A stretch of DNA of 64,000 nt. It comes from the human T2T-CHM13v2.0 reference genome, Homo sapiens. Where the stretch lies: assembly GCF_009914755.1 (NCBI RefSeq), contig NC_060928.1; one strand, written 5' to 3'. The position numbers and the translations under genes were made by a program. This document shows positions 1 to 12,316 of the stretch, one piece after another; the stretch's first letter is position 1, and each line of letters begins with the position of its first letter. The notes beneath the pieces were generated by a model. The model saw nothing but the letters and a program-made list of their open reading frames with translations. It was not told where the DNA came from and made no database searches.

Positions 1-471
1 GGATTTAATCTTTAGGTGAAAATGATGCCCACTAGGTCCTCCTAAAAAACCAGCTCGCTCTTTTCTATATTGGTTAGGGATTGCCAACTAATGGAATGTT
101 ACAGGAAAACACATATTGGGAAATTTGAGGATATTAAAAAGAGAAAGGGGGTGCTTTTACCATTATATGTAATGTAGGTAAAACCTGGAAGAAGAAAATT
201 GGATGATTCCTAATTCCTAACCTCAATGAAAAAACTGACAGGGGCAATAAAAATCCTGCTACATAAAATCATTATGAAAAAATATAATGTGACACCAGGG
301 GATTTATCAGTCTTCTAGACAGAAGTTACTGATATGTTAGTATCATATGATTCTAGTTTTGCTAATGAAACAATAAAAGCATCCATGTTTTAATCCATTC
401 CTTATACCACATTTACTAATGAAACTGACTCAGTAAAACACCAAGTTAATGATATTGAATCAAAAGTTGCT

Positions 472-1433
472 AGAACATGGGCAGAGCATTCAAATAGAGA
501 TTTCCCTAAAGAAGACATACAAATTGCCAAAACATATATGAAAAAATGCTCAACATCACTAATCATCAGGGAAAGACAAATTAAAAGCACAATGAATTAT
601 CACCTCACACATGTTAGAATTTACTATCAGAAAGAGAAAAGACAGCAAGTATTGGAGAGGACACAGAGAACAGGGAACCCCTGCACACTGTTGGTGGGAA
701 TGTAAATTAGCACAACCTTATGGAAAACAGTACAGAGGTTCCTCAAAAAATTAAAAACAGAATACCATTTAATCCAGCTATCCCACTCCTGGGTACACAT
801 CCAAAGGAAATGAAATCAGTTTGTCAGAGATAACTGCACCACCGTGCTCACTGCACCATTATTCACAATAGCCAAGATATGGAATCAACCTAAGTGTTTG
901 TTAACATATGAATGAAAAAAGAAGATGCAGTATATATACACAATGGAATACTATTCAGCCATAAAAGGAAGGAAATTCTGTAATTTGTGACAACATGGAT
1001 ATACCTGGAGGACATTGTGCTAAGTGAAATATGCCAGATACAGAAAGGCAAATACCACATGACCTCACTCATGTGGAATCTAAAATGTTGATCTCACAGT
1101 AGAGAGTAAAATGGTGGCAAAAAGAGCTGGAGCATTTGGGAGCAGGTGTTAGGGAGATGTTGGCCAAAGGATATAAAATGGTATTTACATAGGCGGAATA
1201 AGTCCAAGAGATCTATTGTATAACATGGTGACTATAGTTAACAATATATTGTATTCTTGAAAAATGTTAAGAGCGTGGACATAAAATGTTTACACCATAA
1301 AAATAATAACTATGTAAAGTAATGCACATGTTAATTAGCTCGATTTAGTCATTCCGCAACATATATATACTTCGAAGCATCATGTTGTACACAATAAATA
1401 CATACAATTTTGTCTGTAAATAAAAATAAATAA
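472..1433 (+). mobile_element. L1MA-type LINE-1 3' fragment (end of ORF2, 3' UTR, A-rich tail)
   Basis: Degenerate L1 ORF2 C-terminal sequence (aaagaagacatacaaattgccaa...aaaatgctcaacatcactaatcatcaggg). L1MA-style 3' UTR (gagatctattgtataacatggtgactatagttaac) ending in aaataaaaataaataa. Confidence 0.85.
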
Positions 1434-1932
1434 TGAGTAAACCAAATAAACAGTTGCTGAACAAACTTACACAGTCACAACCATGCTTTATGAATGCATC
1501 TTGATCACAAGATAGGGATGAGAAAGCAAACAACTTAGCTTCCTCCATAATGCATAAGTAGTATATAATATCTTACAATCAAGGGGAATAAGCACCTGCT
1601 ACCCTGTGACAAACAAACACAGGTAATTCTGTCTAGCACTAATCTCCAAAATAACTAGAATCTCTAGAGCTCCCCTTCTTTATATAAGTTATTACTGAAT
1701 CTATAACCAAAGAATAACTTATAGCTCTCACTGATATATGATGACCCTGGATGGGAAGGTGAAACATTAGTCAGTCATTTAGTTTTTGACCACCTGACAC
1801 ATTCCAAGAATAGTAATAATGTGCAGACAAGCAAAAGGGACTGGCTTCCTTCACATTATTTCAGATTTATACTTATTTTCTGGATAAAACAATATCTATT
1901 GCTGATCCTTTTATTTTCCTTTTATTAATATA

Positions 1933-2108
1933 TTTTTATTTTTATTTTATTTTAGAAACAGAGTCTTGCTCTATCACCAAGGCTGGAGTGCAGTGGTACG
2001 ATCACAGCTCACTGCAACCTCTAACTCCTGAGCTCAAGTGATTCTCCTGCCTCAATCTCCCAAGTAGCTGGGTCTACAGGTATGCATCACTAAGCCTGGC
2101 TCATTTTT
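1933..2108 (-). mobile_element. Old Alu right arm only (AluJ fragment or FRAM-like)
   Basis: T-rich tail, then gagtcttgctctatcaccaaggctggagtgcagtggtacgatcacagctcactgcaacc. The acagctcactgc and ctgagctcaagtg features are AluJ-like. Only one monomer is present. Confidence 0.85.
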
Positions 2109-2384
2109 CTTTTAGTTTCCAGCAACCAAACCTGTCTTCATAAAAGCGTCTTTCACTTAATTTCAAATTTTATATCTCTATTAAAAGATATATATGTATA
2201 TATATCAAATTTCACTTCCAAAATGAACATCCCATATTTCATCTGCATTATATTTCCTAACTATGGTATAATAATTTCTGAACATATTTTTGTGAGAACC
2301 ACACAACCAGAGCGCCTTGAAGGTTTCATCATGTTCTCAAATACATTTTTTGTTGTGATTAGTTAAAACACACACCTGGCAAAA

Positions 2385-2955
2385 AATAATTAGAAACATA
2401 CATATAGAAAAATGTTTCAATAATTATTTTAAGTTAAAATAGAAATAAGGCACCATTTTTCACTTCCAAATTTAGGAGGAAAACCCTGTGAACCTATAAA
2501 ATTCCAGAGAAAGTTTGGTTCAAGATGCATTTCCAACATTATTCTCAATTGCGTAATCTACTTGGAAAACAGATTGACTTGGCAATATGAATCAAGAGCA
2601 TACAACCTAGTAATTTCCTTTTTGGAAATTTCTCCTAAGTATGAAAAAAGCTATATGCATGAAGACACCCATCCCCAGTTTCATTATAATAGAAAAAATT
2701 TAGAAACAAATATCTAAGTAAATTGTGTTAGAGCCAATCAATAGACAATTATGAGGTCATAAAGGTGTTGTTTTAGAAGATTATGTAATAATTTGAGTAA
2801 ATGCTTGTCATTTCAAAAATTGATATTAAAAGAATAAGGTTATTAAATTATATACATTATATAATTGTAACTTTTAAAAATGTATATATTTATATACATA
2901 TATATAAAAGACCACAAAAACATGCCAAATATTATTAATGGTTATATTAACTAAG
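2385..2955 (+). mobile_element. Highly degraded ancient L1M 3' fragment
   Basis: Patchy similarity to L1 ORF2 end and 3' UTR (ttggaaaac...ttggcaata...aacctagtaatttcctttttggaaatttctcctaag). Heavily diverged. Confidence 0.45.
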
Positions 2956-3303
2956 TGTTTCTAAATCAGGAATGGATAGGAATCACAACAATTATTTCCA
3001 AGGAACTCCTCTTCAAGACCTTCCTTCAAAGATTGTTTCATTGACTCCTTCAGTAAAACTGATGCAAATTCCTGATTAGATGCTGGGTTGTAAAAAAAAC
3101 ATTAGGTTGTAAAGAAAAATGATAATTTGTTCCTTGTTTTCTAATTTTGTTCATATTTCCTGAAATAGGCTAGCGTTCACTGTGTAAAGTAAAAGTTTAA
3201 TAATTAAATCCATTAATATCAGCAGTAGTGGTAGTAACAATCTTTTATTAAGCATTTATTTCAGACATACTTTCTCCTTCACTCTTCAAAATAGTATTGT
3301 TAG

Positions 3304-3444
3304 GGATGGAGGCAGTGACGTGCACCTGTAGTCTCAGCAAGTCAGGTGGCTTAGACAGGAGAATTGCTTGAGCCCAGGAGTGAGAAACTAACCCAGGCAA
3401 CCTAGTGAGACCCTGGCTCAAAAAAAAAAAAATTAAAATTAAAA
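3304..3444 (+). mobile_element. FLAM (free left Alu monomer) with poly(A) and 16-bp TSD
   Basis: Single monomer (gcacctgtagtctcagc...ttgcttgagcccaggag...gtgagaccctggctc) plus A tail. TSD aaaatagtattgttag (3288-3303) versus aaaatagttttgttgg (3445-3460). Confidence 0.85.
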
Positions 3445-5792
3445 AAAATAGTTTTGTTGGATGATTATTATTCTGATTTTATAAATGATAAATTTATAAG
3501 TAGTACAGCCATAATTCCAAGCCTTCTTGATCCTCTGTGTGATGAAATCAAAGGAGGACGAAATTATGTCATGACAACAGAAACGTTGGTATTGACAATA
3601 GCCAATCCTCAATAGTTAGGATGACTTGGGTAACCGGCTTTAGGTTTTTGTTCATTTGTTTGTTTCAGGAGTATTGAAAGATACAGCCATATCACAAATA
3701 CAGACAGACTATTACAGAAATGTTCAATTTTATGCCACGGACTTTATGTTCATTCTTTATATAAGAATGAGTTGTAGATGAGATATGAGAAATGTATTGT
3801 GACTGTCAGATACATGGAGACTAAGTGACCTCCTCTGAGTTAGAGAATCACAGAAATTATTCTTTGCTTACCCTCCAAATGTAATTTTTAAATTTATCTT
3901 TCTTTACCATAGAATTTTGATATGGAGCAAATTGTCATTTTTACAGACATTTTTAGCCACTAAAGAGTCTCCATACAACTCTTAAAAAATCCTCATGAAA
4001 ATAAAAATGTGAGTCATTAAAGGCAAGATATAAAACAAGTTTTCATCACAGAAGAGACCACTCCACTTGTTTTCATGCCACCTCCTACTAATGTCACTCT
4101 AAGAATGAGAGAAAGAACAGGGCTGACTGGCTGCCTTTTACTTTTTCATTTGAAGTTTGACAAATCTGTGCTCAAAGCATCAAATCAAATAGTTTTCAGA
4201 GAGATAAGAGATCATTATGCAAGATTACATGTGAGAAAAGATACAATAAGTTGATTAGTAAGTTAATCATGTCCGAACATTACACCCTGAGCTTGGCAAA
4301 CATTTGAACAGGGAATTTCCTTTCAACTGCTAATGCTTATATGATAATATATATTAAACACTAAATCAGTTTTAGAGTTTGGTTCAGATATTGCTACTAA
4401 TTAGTTTTGGCTGATATTGAAGTATTTTGTATGCTCCATTTATAAAAGCACTATTTGCCCATCTGTTCATAGGTTGAAAGTGATTAAGGATACTTATTTC
4501 GGCTGTTGTAAAAGCCAAATACTTCTTAAGCTGCAAATATGTGACAAAACCAGATCAGGTTGCCAAGTTCAGAAATATAGTAAAAGAGATCTGTGATGCC
4601 TCCCTCCCCCAATTCCTCTTCCAACCTGCATTATTGAAAAGTAAATATCACTGCTTTCCTGATTAGACTAGCATGCCTGCTTTGTCCAAATGCTTTGCAA
4701 TTTAGTTATAATTTACACAATTTACTCTGATTTGGATCTGCTGCTACCAAGCTGTGTCGAGGGCTTTCGTTTTCTGTACGTGCAGCCTTGAAGTAGAAAC
4801 ATGTGATACTCTTGTGCTTTGAATGTGGTATTTGAAAGTAACTTGGGTAATGAGTGGAACAAGTTTGTGGCCTACTTTAAACCCCTAAATGATTTCTGTT
4901 AAGTTTGAAAACAATGCATTAAATTCAGCATGGGTGATATAGATTTTTAAGGGGAGGGATGTAATACATGCTCGTGAAATTCATCTTTTGTCTCATTATT
5001 ATTTTACTATTCCTTTTCCACTGTTCCCAAGGGTTCAGTACTTCACGCTAGTAAAACCTGTTCACTTCAAAAATCAGAGCAGTATTCCTGGGACTTTCTA
5101 AAATAAGATGCACTCCTCCTGAAGTGGAAGATAATGTCACTTTAATTCAGGCAAATTTTTAAAATAGTTTAAGTACCTAAAGGAGATGTAATTCTTGGGT
5201 GCCTTCTGTTCTCTTTTTGTACCCCAATCATTCCTCAAAATGCTACTCCATGCCAATCCCCAAAAAACAAGTGCCCTCCTATTTTTGACTGTTTCTAGGT
5301 CTACGGAAATCTGTTTAACTAGATCATATCAAAGGATGGAGATTGATATCCCATTTAAAATCTCTAAGACAATTGGAATTTCTGGGTAGGATACTTTTTA
5401 CCACCTATGTAGATTCCTAGTTAGAACATTTCAGGTAGTAAAATGCTTAAGGCATTCACTATGGGAGAAGAGAATCAGGCATGGGTGCAGGAGGCAGAAG
5501 ACATTTTCCAGGCACATATCATGTCTAAGGAAAGAGGGGTCTTATTGTTATTACAGCTACTGCTGCTGCTTGGTTTCAATTTTCCAACAGATTTTCCTCA
5601 AAACAAAATAGAGACTTAAAATTCCAAATTCAGTTCAAAAAACACAATTATTTCTTTCCTTCTGGCATAGATAAACATTCTGCAGGAGCACTACTTATTA
5701 TAAATTAAGTTGAAACTATCATTTCACGTAATGGAAAAGCAAAACCAGAAAAAATACTGTTTTTATTCCAATTTAATCAATTCTGATTTTTT

Positions 5793-7896
5793 TTCTTTCC
5801 AACTTTTCAGGTTTAGGGTGTACCCGTGCAGGATTTTTTATGGGTATATGGTATTTTGTGTTATGGAGTTTTGGAGTACAGATTATTTTGTCACCCAAGT
5901 AATAAGCACAGTACCCAAAAAGTAGTTTTTTGATCCTCACCCTCCTCCCACTCTCCACCCTGAAGTAGGCCCTTGTGTCTATTGTGCCCTTCCTTGTATC
6001 CACGTGTACCCAATATTTAGCTTGATTTGCTTTTTTGTTATTATTTCAGTAGCTTTAAGGGTACAAGTGGTTTTTGGTTACATGGATGAATTGTATAGTG
6101 GTGAGGTTTGAGATTTTAGTGCACATATCACCCAAGTGGTATTTGGTTTTTTGTTCCCAGATTAATCCGCTTAGGATAATGACCTCCAGCTATATCCATG
6201 TTACTGCAAAGAATAGGATTTTGTCCTTTTTTATGACTGCATAGTATTCTATGGTGTATATGTACCACATTTTCTTTATCTAATCCACCACTGATGGACA
6301 TTTAGGTTGATTCCATGTCTTTGCTATGGTGAATAGCATTGCCATGAACATACATGTTTAAGTCTCTTCATGGTAGAACAATTTATATTCCTTTGGGTAT
6401 GTACCCAGTAATGGGATTGCTACATTGAATGATAGTTTAAGTTCTCTGAGAAATCTCCAAACTGCTTTCCACAGTGGCTGAACCAATTTACATTCCCACC
6501 AGCAATGTATAAGTGCTCCCTTTTCTCCACAACCTCACTAGTATCTTATTTTTTGACTTTTTAATAGTACCCATTCTTACTGGTGTGAGATGGTATCTCA
6601 TTGTAAGTTTGGTTTGCATTTCTCCACTGATTAGTGATGTTAAGCATTTTTTATATGCTCATTGGCCACATATATGTCTCATTTTGGGGAAAATGTCTGT
6701 TCATGTCCTTTGCCCACTTTTTAATGGGGTTGTTTTTTGCTTGTTGATTTAAGTTCCTTATAGATTCTGGATATTAGACCTCTGTCAGATGCATAGTTTG
6801 CAAACATTTTCTCCCATTCTGTGGGTTGTCTGTTTACTCTGCTGATAATTTCTTTTGTGTGCAGAAGCTCTTTAGTTTAATTATGATTGATTTGCCAATT
6901 TTTGTTTTTGCAGCAATTGCTTTTGGAGTCTTAGTCATGAAATCTTTGCCAGGGCTGATATCCAAAATGGTATTTCCTAGGTTTTCTTCTAGAATTTTTT
7001 ATACTTTTAGGTTTTACATTTAAGTCTTTAATCCATCTTGAGTTGATTTTTGTATATAATGAAAGGAATGATCCAGTTTTAATCTCCTACATATAGCTAG
7101 GCAATTATCCCAGCACCATTTAATGAATAGGGAATCCTTTCCCCATTGCTTGTTATTGTTGGCTTTGTCAAAGATCAGATGGTTGTAGGTGTGCGGCTTT
7201 ATTTCTGAGTTTTCTAACCTGTTCCTTGGTCTATATGTCTGTTTTTGTACCAGTATTGTGCTGTTTTGGTTACTGTAGCCTTATAGTATAGTTTGAAGTA
7301 GGTAGTGTGATGCCTCTAGCTTTGTTCATTTTGCTTAGGATTGCTTTGGCTATTTGGGCACTTTTCTTGGTTCCATATGAATTTTAAAAGAGTTTTTTCT
7401 AATTCTGTGAAAAATGATATTGGTAGTTGATAGGACTAGCATTAAATCTGTACATTGCTTCGGGCGGTATGGCCATTCTAACACTACTGATTCTTCCTAT
7501 TAGTAAGCATGTTTTTTCATTTGTTTGGGTCATCCTTGATTTCTTTCAGCAGTGTTTTGTAATTCTCATTGTAGAGATCTTTCACCTCCCTGGTTAGGTG
7601 TATTTGTAGGTATTTCATTCCTTTGGTGTCTATTGTGAATGGAATTGTGTTCCTGATTAGGCTGTCAGCTTGGACATTGGTGAATAGAAATACTACTGAC
7701 TTTGGTTCATTGATTTTGTATCCTGAAACTTTGCTGAAGTTTATCAGATCACGGAACCTTTAGGCAGAGGCTATGGGGTTTTCTAGGTTTAGAATCATTT
7801 CATCTGTGAAGAGAGATAGTTTGACCTCTCTTGCTATTTAGATACCTTTTATATCTTTATATTCTCTTGCCTGATTGTTCTGGCTAAGACTCCTAG
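5793..7896 (-). mobile_element. 5'-truncated older primate L1 (L1PA15/16-like) with 13-bp TSD
   Basis: Reverse L1 3' UTR and ORF2 3' part. Direct repeat attctgatttttt at 5780-5792 and 7897-7909. Confidence 0.9.
6023..6136 (-). mobile_element. Short L1PB-like 3' end nested inside the L1 above
   Basis: Its own T-rich tail, then agctttaagggtacaagtggtttttggttacatggatgaattgtatagtggtgag, matching L1PB-type 3' termini and interrupting the host 3' UTR. Confidence 0.7.
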
Positions 7897-9635
7897 ATTC
7901 TGATTTTTTAAATCAAGTTAATATATAATGCATTTTAGGGAACTCTCTTTAACCTAAACATGTAGGAAACTCCATTTTATTGTACCTACATGTTTTACCG
8001 GTAGGATACTGAAAAATATTACCATTGAGGTCAACTGAAATAACTAGGGTGTTTATGCCAAAGGCGTGATGAGGGCTGATTTTTCAGTGGCACAGTGACC
8101 AGAGTTGTCAATTTTTATCTATGAAAAAGGGAACACAGTAAATTGTTCTGCTCTTCATCCCAACACAGTTATTTATTCCTCTTGGGGATACTTCTGCTCC
8201 CAATCCAAACTTTAGTCAGTCATGGAGAAGAGCTGACTCTACCTACTCCCATCCGTCTCTCTCACCTCTGCTCAAAAAAGGGTGAAAGATAAGATTCCTT
8301 ATCCCTAGAATAGGGACTTTAGATTATAGGGCTCCAGAAAATAAATGAATGTCCACAATTCAGGTGATTCTAAAATCAATTTCTAATATTATACTCAATG
8401 TTTTATTGCCAACCACGTATATATCAGGGACTACCATTTCCAAAAGACTGGGGAGACCCCCAAGCGGGAACACACAGAATGATGGTCAGGCAATCATAGG
8501 CAAAGCCTGTTAGAGAAGTAGAACTGTGGACAGTCTGAGAGTAACCTGGATTAGAGAGAGATGGGATCCTTTGTCCCCCTTCCCCATGCTTTTGCCTCTC
8601 TATTCACCCTCTTAATGTGTTCCTCCATGAAAAAGCAATTGCATATCTGATTTTCCCTGCCTGAGATTTCATTCATTCTCATTGCACTATTAGGGAGGAT
8701 TACTATGTTTTGAAGAAGAGAACTTATGTGTGTTCTGTCTCTCTATTCTGCTTGCTCCTCCTTGGACGATTTTCTTCATATTACATGCAGGAGTCACACC
8801 TACACCTTCTTCTTGAACTAGGCCCAGTTTTCCTCTTTCCCAGCTGCTGATTTCCTATAGTCAGTTTCCTTACTCTCTGCTACACCCTTCAGCAGAAACT
8901 AGTGGAATTATGTGTATCCCATGCTTATGAGTGAGGAAGTACACTCTTGACTTCTCTAGAGATGAGGCCATTTCTATTCCAGGGGAGAAAGCAGAAGGCC
9001 CCGATTTAGCCTGTAGCTGAAGCCAATATGCTCTAACTCAGGTTTACCAGAGAGCCCAGCCAACAGTAACTGGTTATTTTGTGTCCTCTTTGTTCTGCCT
9101 ATCAGAGCAGTGTTTTTTTCCATCCAATTAGGCTAGACTGGGAAACCAGTGATGCTGACATTCTGATGCCTCGTGACTAATGCCAGTGTTAGACTCTGGA
9201 CACATTCAGAGGCATGAACTACCAGCAGTTCACTGCCTGACCCTGCTCCTGCTTCAGCATACAGCTCTCTTGGGCAGGACCTTTGCATAAGAGGCAATTG
9301 CTTGCCTTAAATTTGGTTATCTTTATTTTTGCCTCATACCACTGAGAAGTAATCCTAAAGAAAACAGGCCTAGAAGACTTAAGATGCAGCTAAATAACAC
9401 TTGACTTGGAGGTATATGAGGGAGTTTGGAGATGGTAGCATTTTCAGGAGATGCAGTCTCTAGTAGCTGCTTTTGAAGACTTCATCCTATCCCAAGATCA
9501 TGACACTGAGATATCATCAAGGGAATTAACTATAGCTCTATTAACTAGCTAGTCATAGCAGAAAGCAACTAAGTCATCTTAGGAATTGACAGAGCCAGGA
9601 AAGTAAGTACTGGACACAGTTAAGTATATTCTCTA

Positions 9636-9720
9636 GCTTAGTACTCAAAGTGTGGTCTGAGCACAAGCAGATCAGTATCACCTGAGAGTTTATTTAAATG
9701 CAGTATTTCAGGCCATTTCG
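9636..9720. mobile_element. MER5-type (hAT-Charlie) fragment
   Basis: tactcaaagtgtggtc...cagtatcacctgagagtttatttaaatgcag resembles the MER5A terminus. Confidence 0.6.
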
Positions 9721-9849
9721 ATTCTACTATGCTCAAAAAGAATAACCATCAGACTAAAAATGATAGAACAAATACTGATAGAAGAGAACTGAAACGCAAG
9801 CCACAAAAGATCTCATAAAGAAAATTGAGACTTCTTTTAATTAGTTAAA

Positions 9850-10262
9850 TTTTCTGGGCTCAGGTGAATAATTTTCCATAGAAATCTGCCGATCTATCTT
9901 TGAGAAACTGGAGAATAAAAGAGATGTGAGAATTCTGGAGAATGGCAAATGCCCTCACTTTAAAAAAGAAAAGAATAAAAAATTGTAAACTCTAGGCCAG
10001 TAAATTAAATCTTAGAGTCTATCAGTTATCAACTGGATGTTGGGTGAGGACTTAACAAACGAAGCAGTGGTGCCAAGAGCCAGAATGTACACAAAAAGAA
10101 TAATTCATGTCATGCTAAACTCATTTTCTTTATTTTAATTTAATTTTATAGCTATTTTGCTTTTTCTTACTATATTGCTAGACCAGGAAATAATTTTTGA
10201 TGTGTCTGAATTTCAGGTAGGCAATTTTCAAGGTTCTCATAAAATCTTTGTAAACAAGGTAG
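9850..10262 (+). mobile_element. L3/CR1 LINE ORF2 (RT) fragment
   Basis: ctttgagaaactggagaat...ctggagaatggcaaatg...taggccagt...gaagcagtggtgccaagagccag...tcatgtcatgctaaactcatttt is collinear with remembered CR1/L3 RT sequence. Confidence 0.65.
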
Positions 10263-10274
10263 GGAACTATAGGC

Positions 10275-10870
10275 TGATTGGGTGGTCTTGGGTGATGGGA
10301 GGGAGACTGCATCATTAATAACTGAGATAAAGAACACAGTAGAAAAGGATGGGAAAACTAACACGTAATTATTTCAATTTTGAAAAGTTGTTATGGGATA
10401 TTCCAGTGAAGATGCCCAGGAAGCAGTCTCTAATTTCTAACTTGAGATGAGAACTATACACAGATGGAAGAGAAAGAAAATTCATTATAAAGCAGAGAAA
10501 ATATATTAAAAGGGTGATTCAATAATTGAACAAATATTTATTTATTTACATATTTATTTTATTACTTGTGTAAGGTGCTATTCTAATGTTGAAGATACCC
10601 TGTTGAATAAACTACAAAAAAATTCCCCTGTCCTTATTGAGCTTATATTCCAGTAGAATAGATCAATAGTAATCACAGTAACCAAGTTAATAATAGAGTG
10701 TGTTAGAAGATGATGTGTGCCATGGTGAAAAATAAAGTAGGATTTGGTGGTTGGGGAGTTCTGGCAGGGATCAAATACGCAATTTTAAATAGTATGTCAT
10801 GGCAGGTGGAGGGGTTACTGAAAAGATGACATGTAGTAATTATCTGAGGAAAATGTGACAAGAAGCTAAG
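10275..10870 (-). mobile_element. L2 LINE fragments including an L2a-like 3' end
   Basis: attcaataattgaacaaatattta...gtgctattcta...cccctgtccttattgagcttatattccagt is the typical reverse L2 3' end. An upstream piece reads gatattccagtgaagatgcccaggaagcag. Confidence 0.7.
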
Positions 10871-10909
10871 TCAAAATGTAATAAAATTACTTGTAAAGTA
10901 CTTCAATTC

Positions 10910-10972
10910 ATATATATATATATACATACATATATACACATGTATATATATACTTGTGTGTGTGTGTGTGTG
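10910..10972. repeat. Compound (TA)n/(CATA)n/(TG)n microsatellite
   Basis: Visible directly in the sequence. Confidence 0.9.
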
Positions 10973-11409
10973 ACTGCACAATAATTTCACTATGACCTTG
11001 AAGATGTTAGGTGTCTTACCTCCCTCATTGTAGTTATTACACTATTTTATAATGATCTACAGGTCTATCTCCCTTCTATGCCCAGAATCCCTGAAAATGA
11101 CTACTTTTCTTGTATAATAGGTGAAGAGAGAAAGAAAGAGGTAGAGAAAGAACAGGAAGGAAGGAGAAAGGAAGAATATATTAGTAACACATTAGAATAT
11201 CTGAAAAGTTCTCGGGGTTTGTCTCTTTTTCAGAACTCGAATCAGTATGAGTTATTGCCCTTGGGAAGTTGACCCCTAAAGCTGACATGACGGGTTTCAT
11301 GAGTTGATCTACAGGGTCTAGGGTTGGGTTCCACTTTACACTGTGCTACTAAAATTTCATTTGAAATACTGTGTTTTTTCCTGAGCATATTTTAATGGGG
11401 ACATTTTTT

Positions 11410-11935
11410 AGTACAGTGAGCATCTGTTTCTTTCCTCTGTCTGGCACCTCCTATTCTTTGGAGAATTGCACTTTCCCATTCCAGTCATGTGACTCTCCCA
11501 TGATTTGTCTAGGGCTGGTCATGTCTTCCAAGGTGGGAAGTCAGCCAGAATATTTCTGTGTGTGTGTATGTGAGGAGAAGGGGAGGGGCAAGGTGCTTTC
11601 TGCCTTGGAGCGGGGAGGTTTGGTGGGGAATTGTTTGTTGCTTTTGTTTTTGTTTTTTATTTTTTGTGCTAATACAACACCGCCATTTTGGTAAGAACGA
11701 GAAGTGAATTAGATACCTGGGAGCTACCCATTTTCCTTGCCACATGGAGAAAAATTCTATAGAAGGAGGTATTAAAGCCAAGCAGAGATTAAAAATGAAA
11801 GAAAAGACAATGCATCCTGAAGACATTACTTGAGTCCTTGAGTCATCTGAGCCTGAGATGCTAAACCAATACAAAGAACAAACAGCCACCAGATCCTGCA
11901 CCCTTGTAATTCCTATTTAGATGGGTCAGTCAATC
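11410..11935. mobile_element. Degraded ERVL/MaLR-class LTR (LTR33/MLT1-like)
   Basis: Old ERVL-LTR-like blocks gtgagcatctgtttc..., gccacatggaga..., ttgagtccttgagtcatctgagcctgag. Subfamily uncertain. Confidence 0.45.
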
Positions 11936-11951
11936 CAATGAAGATGCTGTA

Positions 11952-11954
<3 letters not shown>

Positions 11955-12008
<54 letters not shown>
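11955..12008. repeat. Perfect (AT)27 microsatellite
   Basis: 54 bp of uninterrupted AT. Confidence 0.97.
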
Positions 12009-12009
<1 letters not shown>

Positions 12010-12011
<2 letters not shown>

Positions 12012-12316
12012 GTTGAAATAGGCTGAGGGGCTTAATCAGAAAAGAAAAAGTTGATAAGGAGGGGTGACTTCTAGAAGACCAAGGGATACCAGTTCAAGAG
12101 AGATAGGTATTAAGCTTAAATCAGACAACTCTCTGAAAATCAGAGCAGTCCTTTGAATTAAATAGGATGACACTTGAATTGAGGTATTATGAATCCCTGG
12201 ATTTTGCAAATAATGTCTATGTGTGTACAGTGTTATAGAGGAGATTTGTCCTTTGGAAAGAGAGTTTTAGTAGAAAATCTTTAAGTTTCCTCAAATTCTC
12301 AAAGTCTATAATTCTG
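12010..12316 (+). mobile_element. L3/CR1 (or MIR3) 3' end
   Basis: Ends tagtagaaaatctttaagtttcctcaaattctcaaagtctataattctg, resembling the shared L3/MIR3 tail. Probably the continuation of the 9850-10262 fragment. Confidence 0.55.

Noticed and set aside
4600-4900. Unique-looking segment with tacgtg and ttgcaat motifs as an enhancer
   Set aside because: Short motifs occur by chance, and conservation cannot be assessed from this sequence alone.
7956-7995. 11-bp inverted repeat aaacatgtagg/cctacatgttt
   Set aside because: Short, with an 18-nt spacer and no TSD or MITE structure. Plausibly chance.
8330-9330. Possible very old LTR or Gypsy-like remnant
   Set aside because: Composition is suggestive but I could not identify termini or a family.
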